From Octopus vulgaris (lineage: Eukaryota): a stretch of 64,000 bases of DNA. Of this stretch, positions 51,937-64,000 are shown piece after piece. The stretch spans positions 23,126,001-23,190,000 of the forward strand of contig OX597830.1 in NCBI GenBank assembly GCA_951406725.2. Reading direction: 5' to 3'. Position 1 is the first letter of the stretch. The number at the start of each line of letters is the position of its first letter. Below the pieces are notes generated by a model, which saw nothing but the letters and a program-made list of their open reading frames with translations, searched no databases and was not told the origin of the DNA. Made by a program: the position numbers and the translations under genes.

Positions 51937-54530
51937 ACTATTTATTTTATACACACACACACACACACACAACAGGGTTCTTTCAGTTTCCATCTACCAA
52001 ATCCACTCATAAAGCTTTGGTCATCTTGAAGCTATAGTACCACAAAGAACCACACAGAGAGACTGAACCCCAAACCATGTGGTTGGGAAGCAAGATTTCT
52101 ACCACACAGCCACGCCTGTGGCCATATGTACACATATATATGGGTACATATATAATAAGAGAAGTGCCATGCAGTGGGACTGAACCTGGAACCATGTGGT
52201 TGGGAAGCAAACTGCTTACCACACAGCCATGCCTGCACCTATTTGTAAATGGAAGTAAAAACACAAGCCTCAAAAGTTAAGAGTGAGAAAATTTGCTCTT
52301 GCAAAAGAGAAAAAGAAGGTGGAGGTCGGGGTTGCAGATTATGTTCTCTTCCCTAAGAGATCTCTAGGGAGAGGAACAGCAATAAACCCCTCATGGAATA
52401 GAAATGCAGATCTGACCTTATCTAAAATGTAAGTCAATTGAAGGTCAGTAATGTTATAGAAAGGCTATTTATCAATATTTACATTGCTAACAGAGAAGAA
52501 AACAATGCCTGAAATATTGCAAGTGACCTAGAGAGGAATTAGGTCAGTAAACTAGGCCACTCTGAGATAAGAGGTTACCAGTTCACTAGATTAGTGCCAA
52601 ATTTGGCAGATTTACCCAAAAATCACAGCCTTATTCCACCTGGACTAATACTTCATGTAATACAATGTCCTTTATATTTTGTCTTTTGCTTGTTTCAGGC
52701 ATTAGACTGTGCCCATGTTGGAGCACTGCCTTGAAGAAATTTAGTCAAATGAATTGACCCTGGTACTTTTTGTCGGTGTTTTTTTTCAGCCTGGTATCAG
52801 ATTTTTTTGCCAAATTGCTAAGGGGATGTAAACACATAAACACCAGTTGTTCAGCGGTAGGGGGGGGGGACAAACATAAACAGGCACAAACACACACACA
52901 CACACACATGTGGTGGGCTTCTTTCAGTTTCTTTCTACCAAGTCCACTCAAAACTTTGGTCAGCCTGAGGCTATAGTAGAAGGCACTTGCCCAAGGTGCC
53001 ATGCAGTGGGACTGAACTCAGAACCTGTGTGTGAGAAGCAAACTGCTTACCACACAGCCACAGTTATGCCCATGGTCACATAATACATTATTCATAGATA
53101 CTGGTGAGGCAAAGTAGAATGTGGTGGAGAGGAGGGTAGAGAATGATGTACAGGGCTGGGTGAAGACTGATGTGATTGGAGTAAAATGATGTTTGGCAGG
53201 GGAGAGAGGCATAGTTTGGGTGGAAAAGTGAAGGTAAACATCAGAATTCAAAAATGTGAGGAGAGCAGATACAGATACAGTTAGAGTGTAGGAGCATGGC
53301 TTAGTGGCTGTGGTATTTGCCTCATGATCGTAAGGTCATGAGTTCAATTCCCAGAGGCATATTGTGACCTTGAGCAAGACTCTTTGTTTCTTATTGCTTC
53401 AGTCAATTCAGTGAGCAAAAAATGAGTTGTACCTGTAGTTCAGAGAACCGGCCTTGACACATTTAGTGTGTCACACTGAATCGCCCTGAGAACCATGTTA
53501 ATGGTACGTGTGTCTGTGGAGTGTTCAACCACTTGCATGTTAATTTCATGAGCAGGCTGTTCCATTGATGAGATCAACTGGAAAACTTGTTATAACTGAT
53601 GGAGAGCCAGATTATATGGTTAGGACAATGTTTGTGGGAAGAAGATTAAATGGTTAGGACTGGGAAGAAGATTAAATACTACACACCATTGGGCATACGA
53701 GAGATGTCACTGATGAGAAAGGTCGTAATCATTACGAGACTTGGTAAAGTGCTTAGTGGCATCTATTCTAGCTTTAGGTTCTGAGTTCAAATCCCGCGAA
53801 AGCTGACTTTACCTCTCATCCTTTTGGGGTCAATAAAATACGTACAAGTAGAGTGCTGGGGTTGGTGTAATCAACTTCCCGTTCCTCTCAAAAACAGCTG
53901 GCCCCGTGCCAAAATTTGAAACCATTAATGAAGCCTCTATGTTGTAGTCACTTGAGTAGCAAAAATTACCAGCCCAATCTATTTCAAATAACGACTTAAG
54001 AGAAAAAGAAAAAACAAAAGCTAGTGGAGAATGTAGTCTTGGATGCTATTAGAAAAATATACAGGATGGTCACATCTGGAATACTTTTGATCATAGCTCT
54101 GCTTGATCAGGACTAAATAATAACAACAATAACAGCAACAGCAGCAAGGGAGGTGGGAAGATGTATCACTACTTGATCAGCTAAAGCTAGTAGCCAAATC
54201 TCACTATGGAGACCAAAAACAATTCTAATTTTACAAAACTTACTGTCAGAAGGAAAAAAAAAAAGATAATGTAGTCTTGGACTCACTAAGTTTCTTTTAC
54301 TTGTTTCAGTCATTTGACTGCGGCCATGCTGGAGCACCGCCTTTTTTAGTCGAGCAAATCTACCCCAGGACTTATTCTTTGTAAGCCTAGTACTTATTCT
54401 ATCGGTCTCTTTTGCCGCTCGCTGCTAAGTTACGGGGACGTAAACACACCAGCATCGGTTGTCAAGCGATGTTGGGGGGACAACACAGACACACAAACAT
54501 ATACACACACGTACATATATATATATATAT

Positions 54531-54960
54531 ATCACCTTGATCACCTTGACTGACCAGTCTGTCAGGCGTCCATTTGACACCACTGGCCACAGCACGCCTA
54601 CCACTCCTCTCTGGATCGCGCCTTACTCATCCACGTGATCCCAATCGTCCTCCTGAAATCATAACTCCACCGTCGTGGAGGCCTTCTTGGTGGTCGTTTC
54701 CGCTCGCACGGGTACCACTCGATAACTGCGCAGGTCCACCAATTATCGGTGAGCTGGGCGACGTGTCCAGCCCATCTAAACTTGCTGCGTGTATACTCTG
54801 CGATTACATCCCTCATGCCGGACTTCTTTCTGATGATCTCGCTACTGATGTGCTTTCTCAACGAGACACCAAGCATTGACCTTTCCATGGCTCTTTGAGC
54901 CGTTACCAGTCTCTGCTCTTCTCTCTTTGTTATAGCCAATGTTTCACAGCCATATAACAT
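54531..54960 (-). mobile_element. RTE-clade LINE 3' end
   Basis: MLYGCETLAITKREEQRLVTAQRAMERSMLGV...RWAGHVA...RPPRRW...W*, short 3' UTR, (caaggtgat)2 tail. Confidence 0.92.
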
Positions 54961-55265
54961 TATGTACAAGCTGTTTACAATGATAATTCTGAACAGGTTA
55001 TCATGTCATCTCGACGAACAACAACCGAGGGAACAAGCTGGCTTCTGGAAGAACTACAGCATGATGGACCATATATGTACTCTAACACAACTGCTTGAGT
55101 GAGCGAATGAGTACAAGCTGCTTCTTTGCATTGCGTTTGTAGACTATGAGAAGGCCTTCGATAGTGTCGAAACCAACGCAGTGCTGAACTCGCTGCAGAG
55201 GCAATGAGTCGAGGCGCAATATGTGCAACTGCTCAGGGAGGCAAATTCCGGATGCACCACCGACA
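54961..55265 (+). mobile_element. Inverted RT segment of the same RTE insertion
   Basis: MYKLFTMIILNRL...QPREQAGF...DHI...AFVDYEKAFDSVE covers the early RT motifs. Two in-frame stops. Confidence 0.92.
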
Positions 55266-55818
55266 TATATACATATACATATATACGACAGACTTCTTTC
55301 AGTTTCTGTCTGCCAAATCTACTTACAAGGCTTTGGTCGGCTCGAGGCTATAGTAGAAGACACTTGCCCAAGGTGCCACACAGTGGGACTGAACCCAGAA
55401 CCATGTGGTTGGTAAGCAAGCTACTTACCACACAGCCACAAATAATATACGGGATGGTCACAGTTGGAATGCATTTGTTTATAGCTCTGCTTGATCAGGA
55501 TTAAATAATGATGACAACAGCAAAAGCAGTGGGGAAGAGGCATCTCCTCTTGATCTGCTAAAGCTAGTAGCTAAACATCCTTCAAAATAACTCACTGTTT
55601 TAAGAGTGCAGGGTGGGAAGGGGTGGGGGAGATAACATAGTCCCGGAAACTGTCTATTACAAGAAAATATATACAGGATGGTCACAGCTGGAATGCCTTT
55701 GATCACAGCTCTGCTTCATTAGAATTGAATAACAACAATGATGGACAACAACAAAATTAAACATAGTCTCAGATGCATTAAGTCCATAGACAAAAAAAAA
55801 CAAAAAACAAAAACATAT

Positions 55819-56225
55819 AGGTGCAGGAGTGGCTGTGTGGTAAGTAGCTTGTTTACCAACCACATTGTTCCGGGTTCAGTCCCACTGCGTGGCACTTTGG
55901 GCAAGTATTTTCTACAATAGCCTCGGGCCGACCAAAGCCTTGTGAGTGGATTTGGTAGACGGAAACTGAAAGAAGCTCGTCGTATATATGTATATATATA
56001 TATATGTGTGTGTGTGTGTTTGTCCCCCGCAACATCGCTTGAAAACCAATGCTGGTGTGTTTATGTCCCCGTAACTTAGCGGTTCGGCAAAGAGACCGAT
56101 AGAATAAGTACTGGGCTTACAAAAAGAATAAGTCCCGGGGTCGAGTTGCTCGACTAAAGGCGGTGCTCCAGCATGGCCGCAGTCAAATGACTGAAACAAG
56201 TAAAAGAGTAAAAGAGAAAAAGAGC
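55819..56225 (+). mobile_element. Full-length CORE-like tRNA SINE family B (head, microsatellite, tail)
   Basis: ggagtggctgtgtggtaagtagc...gggttcagtccc, CORE-like ttgggcaagt, internal TA/TG tract, tail ccagcatggccgcagtcaaatgactgaaacaagtaaaagag. More than a dozen other copies, e.g. 32242, 37885, 39003, 39663-40066, 46160, 52680, 54293-55438 and 59718. Confidence 0.88.
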
Positions 56226-56917
56226 AATACATGATGGTCACAAGTGGAATGCCTTTGATTATAACTCTGCTTGATCAGGATCGAATTGAATAACGAGGAC
56301 AACCACAACAGAAGATAGTAAGAAGAAAATGACCAGCAAAGCAGGTGTGGGGAAGTGGTACCTCATTTAGACTGTGATGTCTATCACAAGTGAAAATTAA
56401 TCACATAACCAATTGTAAGATGCCATGGGCAAAGTACTTAACTCCGATTTCTATAGAGACCAAAAACAACTCTAATTTTACAAGTGGCTGACCAAAATGT
56501 CTCATATACGAAAGGTGTGTATGTAATAAGCGAACGACGAAGCTAGGTTTGAGACAGGTAACTTCCATTTCCCCCACCACAACCACCCGACACACACACA
56601 CACACACACACACATTCACTCACTTCCAACCAGCAAAAGTCTGCTACCGTAGACCGACTGCATAGCAATGTGAACCGAGGTAATAATAGACAGAATTAGA
56701 TATGCTAGCCTCCATCGTATAATATACACACAATAAACCATTGACAACAGTGAGAGTGTTTTGATCTGACAACCTGGGGTAAATACAAAGCTGTAATGTT
56801 TTAGACTTAAAACATAAACCTCTCGGCTATTTCATCACCACTACGCAGCATGAAAATAGCAAATAATTTAATTAGCGGTAGCAGACTGCTGTTAGCGGCC
56901 GTAGCTTTCGTCATGGA

Positions 56918-57475
56918 GATGATGATGACGATGATGATGATGATGATGATGATGATGGTAGTGGTGGTGGTGGTACAGCACTGATGATGGTGGTGGTGTT
57001 AGGGTACTGATGATGGTAATGATGGTAATGATAATGATGATGGTAGTGGTGGTGGTGGTAGAGCACTGATGATGGTGATGATGATGGTAATGATAATGAT
57101 GATGGTGGTGGTGGTGGTGGTACAGCACTGATGATGGCGATGGTGTTAGGGTACTGATGATGGTTATAATGGTAATGATAATGATGATCGTGGTGGTACA
57201 GCACTGATGATGGTGATGATGATGGTGGTGGTACAGCACTGATGGTTATAATGGTAATGATAATGATGATGGTGGTGGTACAGCACTGATGATGATGATA
57301 GTCATGATAATGATGATGGTGGTGGTACAGCACTGATGATGATGATGGTAGTGGTGGTGGTGGTGGTATAGCACTGATGATGGTGATGGTGTTAGGGTAC
57401 TGATGATGGTTATGATGGTAATGATAATGATGATGGTGGTGGTTGTGGTTATTGTGGTGGTGATGGTGATGGCAC
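56918..57475. repeat. Trinucleotide-derived minisatellite punctuated by gtacagcactgatg
   Basis: (GAT/GGT/AAT)n runs separated by a recurring ~14-nt block. Source of the His-rich minus-strand ORFs. Confidence 0.9.
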
Positions 57476-57645
57476 TGGAAATCACAATAGAGAAGATACA
57501 GCAGAACAGTGGAAGCTTGGAGCAACAAGTCATAAATTTTACTGTAATGTACATAATTGATCTCTCGGCATTTCTCTCTCTCTCTCTCTCTCTCTCTCAC
57601 TCGCCATCTCTTTCTCACTCTCATGCTTCACGCACATATTCACAC

Positions 57646-57678
<33 letters not shown>

Positions 57679-59239
57679 CATACATTACATATGCAAACAC
57701 ACACACAAACATAATGCATGTACATGAAAATCAGACACCCACAGGCACAAACATTCATATACACATACAATCATACTTATACATGCATACACATAAACAC
57801 ACGCCCACACACACATATATATATCCATACACGCACAAACACATACACACAAACATATATGCACATACAGAGACACAGATACACATACACACAAACACAC
57901 ATCTGTCCATACATCCATCCATTAGATCCTGTATGCGGAAAAACAGCCTTTTTGAAGTTGATCTTTTTCCATATTGCATTGTCGACCGATATACAGGAAG
58001 GACTTAATGGAAAATTAGGAAGATCACCGATTCTGTGTGTGTGTGTCCTTCTGTAAAAATAAAAAGGTTAAAAAAAAAAAAAAGAGAAAAAGACAACCAA
58101 CAACATTATCCATCGCTAAGAATAATCTATTTGATGAAGATGGCTTTGTTGTCTCCAGAAACGGTACAATGGTAAGATATACTTAAAACTAAAATGGATG
58201 AGATTTTTCCGAGGGAAAGCTACAACAGAAACAACAACATAAAGTAAAAATAAAATTTAAAAAACAAACAAACAAAAACAAAAAATAACAAAACCAAAAC
58301 CACTAAAAATATTTAAATAAAAAGAAGAAACCAAACTGAAGCCAAAAGAGGGAGAATAGAAGGTGAAATCATTTATAGAATTTTATGGAAAGTAGTGGAT
58401 ACCAAAAATAGTCCACAGGATTGTTACATTTTTGGAGTTTTATACTACTTCCTGCCATCCTCATCACCCACCCTCCTATCTTTCTTGCTTCGCCTCATTC
58501 TCATTCTTCTTCTCATTCTTCACCTTTTCCTTTTTCATTTCCTCCGTCATCTTTTCCTTCTCCTTCATCACCTCCACCTTCTCTTTCTCATTGTCTTTTT
58601 TCCTCCTCCTCCACCTTCTCATTTCTTCTGACTCTTTTCCCTTCTTCTCCCCCCCCCCCCCCCACCGTTCTTGTTCTCTTTTCCTATCCCCTACTCATTC
58701 GCCTCCCTTCTTTCAACTTCTCCCTCGGCTCCATCTCCACTTCTCCTCCACAAATGTCTTCCCCATCTCCCCCACCTCCGCTTCCATCTGCTCACTTTCC
58801 TCCTCCTCCTCCTCCTCCAATTCCTGTTCTCTGTCTTCTCCTCATTCCCCTTTATTTCTACCTCTCCCCCTCTCCTCTCTTCTGATCCCTTATTTCTAAC
58901 ACTTCTCCAGCTTCTACCCCTTTCTTTCCTCCTCCTCCTTCATCTCACCTCTTCCCCAACCTTGTCACCCCTCTTGTCATACTTATTTTCCACTTTCTTA
59001 CCTCCACCCTACTCTCTCTCCAACCCTCTCTTATTCTCCCATTCCGTGCCATCCCCTCCTCCCTTCTGCTCTCCACCACCACCACTCCCACCTCCATCCT
59101 GTCTCTCTAATGTAGGTACTCAATCTGCTAATCCTGCATTTGCTCTCAACATTTCATATATGACTCCATGGAGCTTAACTCCCCCCCCTCCTGCTCGCCA
59201 CCACACAGACAGACAGACTTGCTGTGGGGGTTTATTCTT

Positions 59240-59466
59240 GGGATTAAGTCAACTACATCGACCCCAGTGTGCAACTGGTACTTTATTTATCGACCCCGAA
59301 AGGATGAAAGGCAAAGTCGACCTCGGCGGTGTTTGAACCCAGAACGTCATCTGTCGTTACGTTCTGGGTTCAAACACCGCCGAGGTCGACTTTGCCTTTC
59401 ATCCTTTCGGGGTCGATAAATAAAGTACCAGTTGCGCACTGGGGTCGATGTAGTCGACTTAATCCC
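59240..59466. repeat. Head-to-head inverted SINE A pair forming a ~108-bp hairpin
   Basis: 59240-59347 is the reverse complement of 59359-59466, with an 11-nt loop. Confidence 0.92.
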
Positions 59467-59999
59467 TTTGTCTGTCTTTGTTTGTCCCCTCTATGTTTAG
59501 CCCCTTGTGGGCAATAAAGAAATATATAACTAAGGTTAAGATGGGGACAGACAGACAGACAGACATGTACACACACACACACACACACATTTTGCTTCAT
59601 TTATTTACAATGACACAATTTTCAGTAACAACATCAAAGGAACATCATCTCTGCTGAAAGTGGATCTCACATACCTCCATGTGTATGAGTGAGCATGAGT
59701 GGGATGTATGTATATGTAGGTGCAGGCGTGGCTGTGTGGTAAGAAGCTGGCTTCCCAACCACATATGGTTCCAGGTTCAGTCCTACTGTGTGGCACCTTG
59801 GGCAAATGTCTTCCACTATAACTTCAGGCCGACCAAAGCCTTGTGAACAGATTTGGTAGATGGAAACCGAAAGAAGCCAGTTATATATATATATATATTT
59901 TAAAAAGTAATAATTATTACCTTTGTATGGTATTTATTCCCATGCTGGCCACTTGATAAGATCGATACTTAAATATCAATATTATCCTTATTTATAAAT

Positions 60000-60030
<31 letters not shown>

Positions 60031-60073
60031 GTTGATAGATTGGTAGCCACTACACACATTTTTTTCTCTGTCC

Positions 60074-60109
60074 CTTTCTGTAGAAGAGCATAGGCTCGAA
60101 ACATAAAAG
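60074..60109 (+). ncRNA. Minimal hammerhead-like motif, CUGUAGA core
   Basis: CUUU CUGUAGA A GAGC-AUAG-GCUC GAAAC A UA AAAG. Inverted sister copy at 61068-61103. Confidence 0.6.
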
Positions 60110-60194
60110 ACTTTTTCTATTCCTGAGCGCTATACTAATACATCTGTTTGTTTTGCACACCACCTGTCTTCGTCTTTTGTCTTTTTTTTGTAAC

Positions 60195-60280
<86 letters not shown>

Positions 60281-60687
60281 AACACATACATACATGCATA
60301 CACACACAATGTATAGCAATGTGTTGTGGTCTGAGATCATGTGCTGAAACTAAAGTGATTGCAGTGTGGAAAGCATAAGTTAACCATTCAGAAAACACAC
60401 AAAGACCACGAATTTCACTTAAACATTTTTTTTTTGTAATATGGTGTCAAAATTTTCATCACTCAAAACTGCAACCTGTTCACTGATAAAAAATTGAGAT
60501 GCAGCAAAATTTTGCAGTATCAGCAAACTGGTTGCAGTTTCAAGTGACAAAAATTTTGATACATTATTACAAATAAATGTTTAAGAGAAGGTGACTGTCA
60601 TTCTCTCTCTCTCTCCATATATATATATATATATATATATATACATTTTTTTGTAAATGTAATATGTGACAGTTACTCGGTAGCCAT

Positions 60688-60736
60688 GATAAAACTCCAA
60701 GTTTCGGATCTCGGGATGGAAATCTTTACAGTTATC
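60688..60736 (-). ncRNA. Hammerhead-like motif, CUGUAAA core
   Basis: GAUAA CUGUAAA GAUUUC-CAUCCC-GAGAUC C GAAACU-UGG-AGU U UUAUC: all three stems form. Confidence 0.55.
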
Positions 60737-60838
60737 GGGACATCGGAAAAAATGCTATGAAAAAAATCAGATAAATTCCTCTATTTATATAATATCAAGG
60801 TCTCTTTCATTCTTTTGTTGTTTTACCATTTCTATCAA

Positions 60839-60884
<46 letters not shown>

Positions 60885-60887
60885 CAC

Positions 60888-60918
<31 letters not shown>

Positions 60919-63104
60919 CATACACATATATATATATATGTATATATATATATATGTGATTTGTGTTTTTCTCAATATATATATAGTTCAAATTTCCAGA
61001 AAACAAAAGACAAAGACCGGTGTAGGAACAACAAGCAGGTGAATTAGTTTAGGAAGAATGGAAAAGTCTTTTATGTTTCGAGCCTATGCTCTTTGACAGA
61101 AAGGATTAAGAGGAAAAAAAAATGAGAAATAAAGAATGAAAAAAAATAAAGATATAAAGAATGAAAAAAAAAATGGAGAGAGGAAAAGAAAAATGTGTAG
61201 AGATTAATGGTTCAACATAGAAGTAAATGGAAAATGGATTCAGTATGAATCTTTATTCAGCATGACAAGTGTTTCGACCCATCCTGCAGCATCATCAATT
61301 ATAAACTGAACAAATACTGCGGATTTCCTGACATAGATCCAGTGAAAATTATATTGTAACTGTGGATGACATCAGGTAGCCCAAACGGTGAACGTGCTTT
61401 GACATACTAATAGACATACACCCCAAATCCAAATAGTTACACACACATACCTGTAACTGTTTATCCAAGAAAACAGACATTGTCTTAAAAGGATTCATTA
61501 GACTTTAATTAAAGAAATAAAGTAGACAAGAATTATTTGGAAGCCTGTCAGATGTGGTGAACCCGGGTTTCAATGGTCCAGCATTTGTCACACTCTCTGT
61601 CAAGCTGATTTTACTGGAGAATTAAATTGAGGGCACATATTTCTGTGGAATACTCAACCACTTCACACATTAATTCAAAGTGAAAATCATTTGTTTATCA
61701 AAATGTTAAACACAGTATGCAAATTTTTTTTAGCCCCAGTTCTGTGTAGTTACTTAGATATGAGGCAGAGATAATAAATGGATTGGCTGTTTGTTTCTCT
61801 GGGATAGGTCACATGATATGGACACCTCTGATGAGACTTCAAAAAAAGTTGAAACTCGATGAAGGCTGTTCATCATTCTTATCAGTTAACAGAGAAATAG
61901 ATAGACTTGCTATGTTCATATGTCTATCATGTGGGTTTACACAAGGTGAGGAGCTGGCAGAATCATAAGCACACTGGGCGAAATGCTTAGCAGTATTTCA
62001 TTTGTCTTCATGTTCTGAGTTCAAATTCTGCTAAGGTTGATTTTGCCTTTTAGCCTTTCGGGGTCAATAAAATAAGTACCAGTTCAGTACTGGGGTCAAT
62101 GTAATTGACTATCCCCCACCTAAAATTTCAGGCCTTGTGCCTATAGTAGAACGGATTATGTTGGTCTACATACATACAAACACACACATACACACACACA
62201 CATCTACATATGCATATTCAAACACATAGACACATATATAAACTCTGTAAAGTAGTTGGCATTAGTTATCAGTTCATAGAAACCATGCCAAAACAGATGA
62301 CTGGCACCTGGTGCAGTGCTCCAGCTTGGCAGCTCTTGCCAAACTATCCAACCCATGCCAGCATGGAAAATAGACATTAAGTGCTAATGAGAATTCAAAC
62401 ACACACATACATACATACATACATACATATACATGCACATTTACAGATATATACATTTCCATATATATCATATACATATACAAACATGTTCATATATTTT
62501 GGTTGGCATTAGGAAGGACATCCAGCCGTAGAAACCATACTAAATCAGACTGGAGTCTGGTGTAACTCTCTAGCTTGCCACCTCTGGTCACACTGTCCAC
62601 CCCATGCCAGCATGGACAATGGATGTTAAATAATGATGATGATGATGATATACATACATACATGCACACATAGTTTAACTACATACTTTAAAAAGAACTT
62701 GTAGCCAAAAACAGGCAGTGAGTTAAATTATAAGATGGATGTGATGTTGAACTCCTGGTCAGCCATGATAAACTATGATAAAGAACATTCCAGCCATGAC
62801 TATGGAGTCTCCTGTCAGAGTTTTGTATAGCTCAAACTATGAGATACAAAGTATCCTATTTTTTTTTAAGGTGGTGTAGTAAAAGAAAAATTTGGCTGCT
62901 ATTTCTAACAGACTCAATGACTACATCGTGGCTTCTCGATAAATAGTTGATGTTGTTGTTCTGTCGCAACCTCTCAAATCAATCATCAGTGCTTAAGTGA
63001 CCGTATGATACAAATATAATTAAGTAAAAGAAGACAACCACAAATCTGGCACACTGTCAATATGTATCGTTATGGTTTCATCAAGATGTATTGCAGTACA
63101 AACG

Positions 63105-63485
63105 AACTCCCCAGGCTCTCAGAAATTGTTGAGACCCATTGGTTTAGAACAGAAGGTTGTGCACAGCTGTTGATCATCACAGGCCTTCAAAAGCTACAGA
63201 GATAGATTAGTTTGGTTAGATGAGCAGGACCGTGACCTCCCCAGGCTCTTAAAAACTGGTGAATCTCATGGTTCATAACAGAACATAGCATGTACAGAGG
63301 TCTCAGTCTTCACAGGCCCTCAGAAGCCTCAGAGATTGATTGGTTTATTTAGAAGATGAGCAGTACTATGACCTCCCCAAACTCTCAGAAATTGGTGATA
63401 CCTGTTGGTTCAAAACAGAAGGTGGCACAGAGCTCTCGATTTTCACAGGCTCTTAAAAGCCTTGGAGATTGATTGGTTTAGTTAG
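63105..63485. repeat. Diverged ~130-137-bp tandem repeat, 3 copies
   Basis: Units begin ctcccca(gg/aa)ctct near 63107, 63237 and 63374. Confidence 0.8.
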
Positions 63486-63655
63486 GTTGGTAATAACAGT
63501 TGGCCTAATCAAGGGGTAGGCAGTGCATTTGTGACCTTCATGAGTCCTCCCACCACTGGTGAGAATGGTACAATTTATGTTTAGCTTGAACACCTATAAG
63601 TCTACGGCTACATGAAAAGCAGAATGTGGGCAGGGAAACCCCAGATTATTTAGAT

Positions 63656-63924
63656 CAGTGGTTCTCAACCATTTTTAGCCTATAGTCCCCTTTGATTTCT
63701 ATTTTACTCATGCGGACCCTCATAGACATCTGATGCTTAAAAAATTCAATTATATTTTTATGATTAAATATTATTAGGAATGGTATAAAACAAAAAAATT
63801 GTTAAAATATTTGCTGTATTACAGAAGTATAAGCAATTCCTTAGACCTAAAATTTTAACAACAAAATCTTAAATGGACCCCACAAGGGCCATATAAGATT
63901 TTGGACTCCAGCTGAGAACCACTG
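63656..63924. mobile_element. hAT (Charlie/MER5-like) MITE
   Basis: TIRs CAGTGGTTCTCA with exact 8-bp TSD atttagat. Partial relative at ~30580-30720. Confidence 0.9.
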
Positions 63925-64000
63925 ATTTAGATGCTGGTAGGAGGGATTGAACAAAGGGGGTTAGTGTGAGACCAGGATGAGGGGAGATGTTATTACAAGT

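Noticed and set aside
53706-53750. CUGAUGA...GAGAC motif
   Set aside because: Stem I does not pair and the motif runs into a SINE head.
56892-57714. His-rich ORFs and a CRISPR-like look (constant block with variable spacers)
   Set aside because: The spacers are trinucleotide runs, the context is eukaryotic and there are no cas genes; it is a minisatellite.
60332-60353. bantam-like seed tgagatcat
   Set aside because: Part of the dispersed palindromic repeat family; no precursor.

Overview
AT-rich, microsatellite-saturated eukaryotic non-coding DNA, either intergenic or inside a very large intron. The SINE families and (TA)n/(TG)n/(GA)n load fit a coleoid cephalopod, most likely Octopus (inference from repeat content). 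I found no supportable host protein-coding exon. Nearly all listed ORFs are microsatellite or SINE read-throughs. The window holds dozens of tRNA-derived SINEs from about five families and several decayed DNA transposons: a DD36E Tc1-like element, two DD37D/maT copies, mariner and pogo-like pieces, a hAT MITE, and two GG..CC MITEs with 8-bp TSDs and telomere-like cores. It also has an internally deleted Helitron, RTE-clade LINE fragments (one 5'-inverted) and a degenerate tRNA-Phe. The most striking signal is about a dozen minimal type-I hammerhead-ribozyme-shaped motifs, mostly in small, often palindromic inserts in or near (TA)n tracts, probably Penelope-like retroelement or retrozyme remnants. 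Their cores vary by family (CUGACGA, CCGANGA, GUGAACA with a G3-C8 swap, CUGUNNA), and two copies have lost exactly the catalytic core. All alignments and folds were done by eye, so boundaries are approximate.
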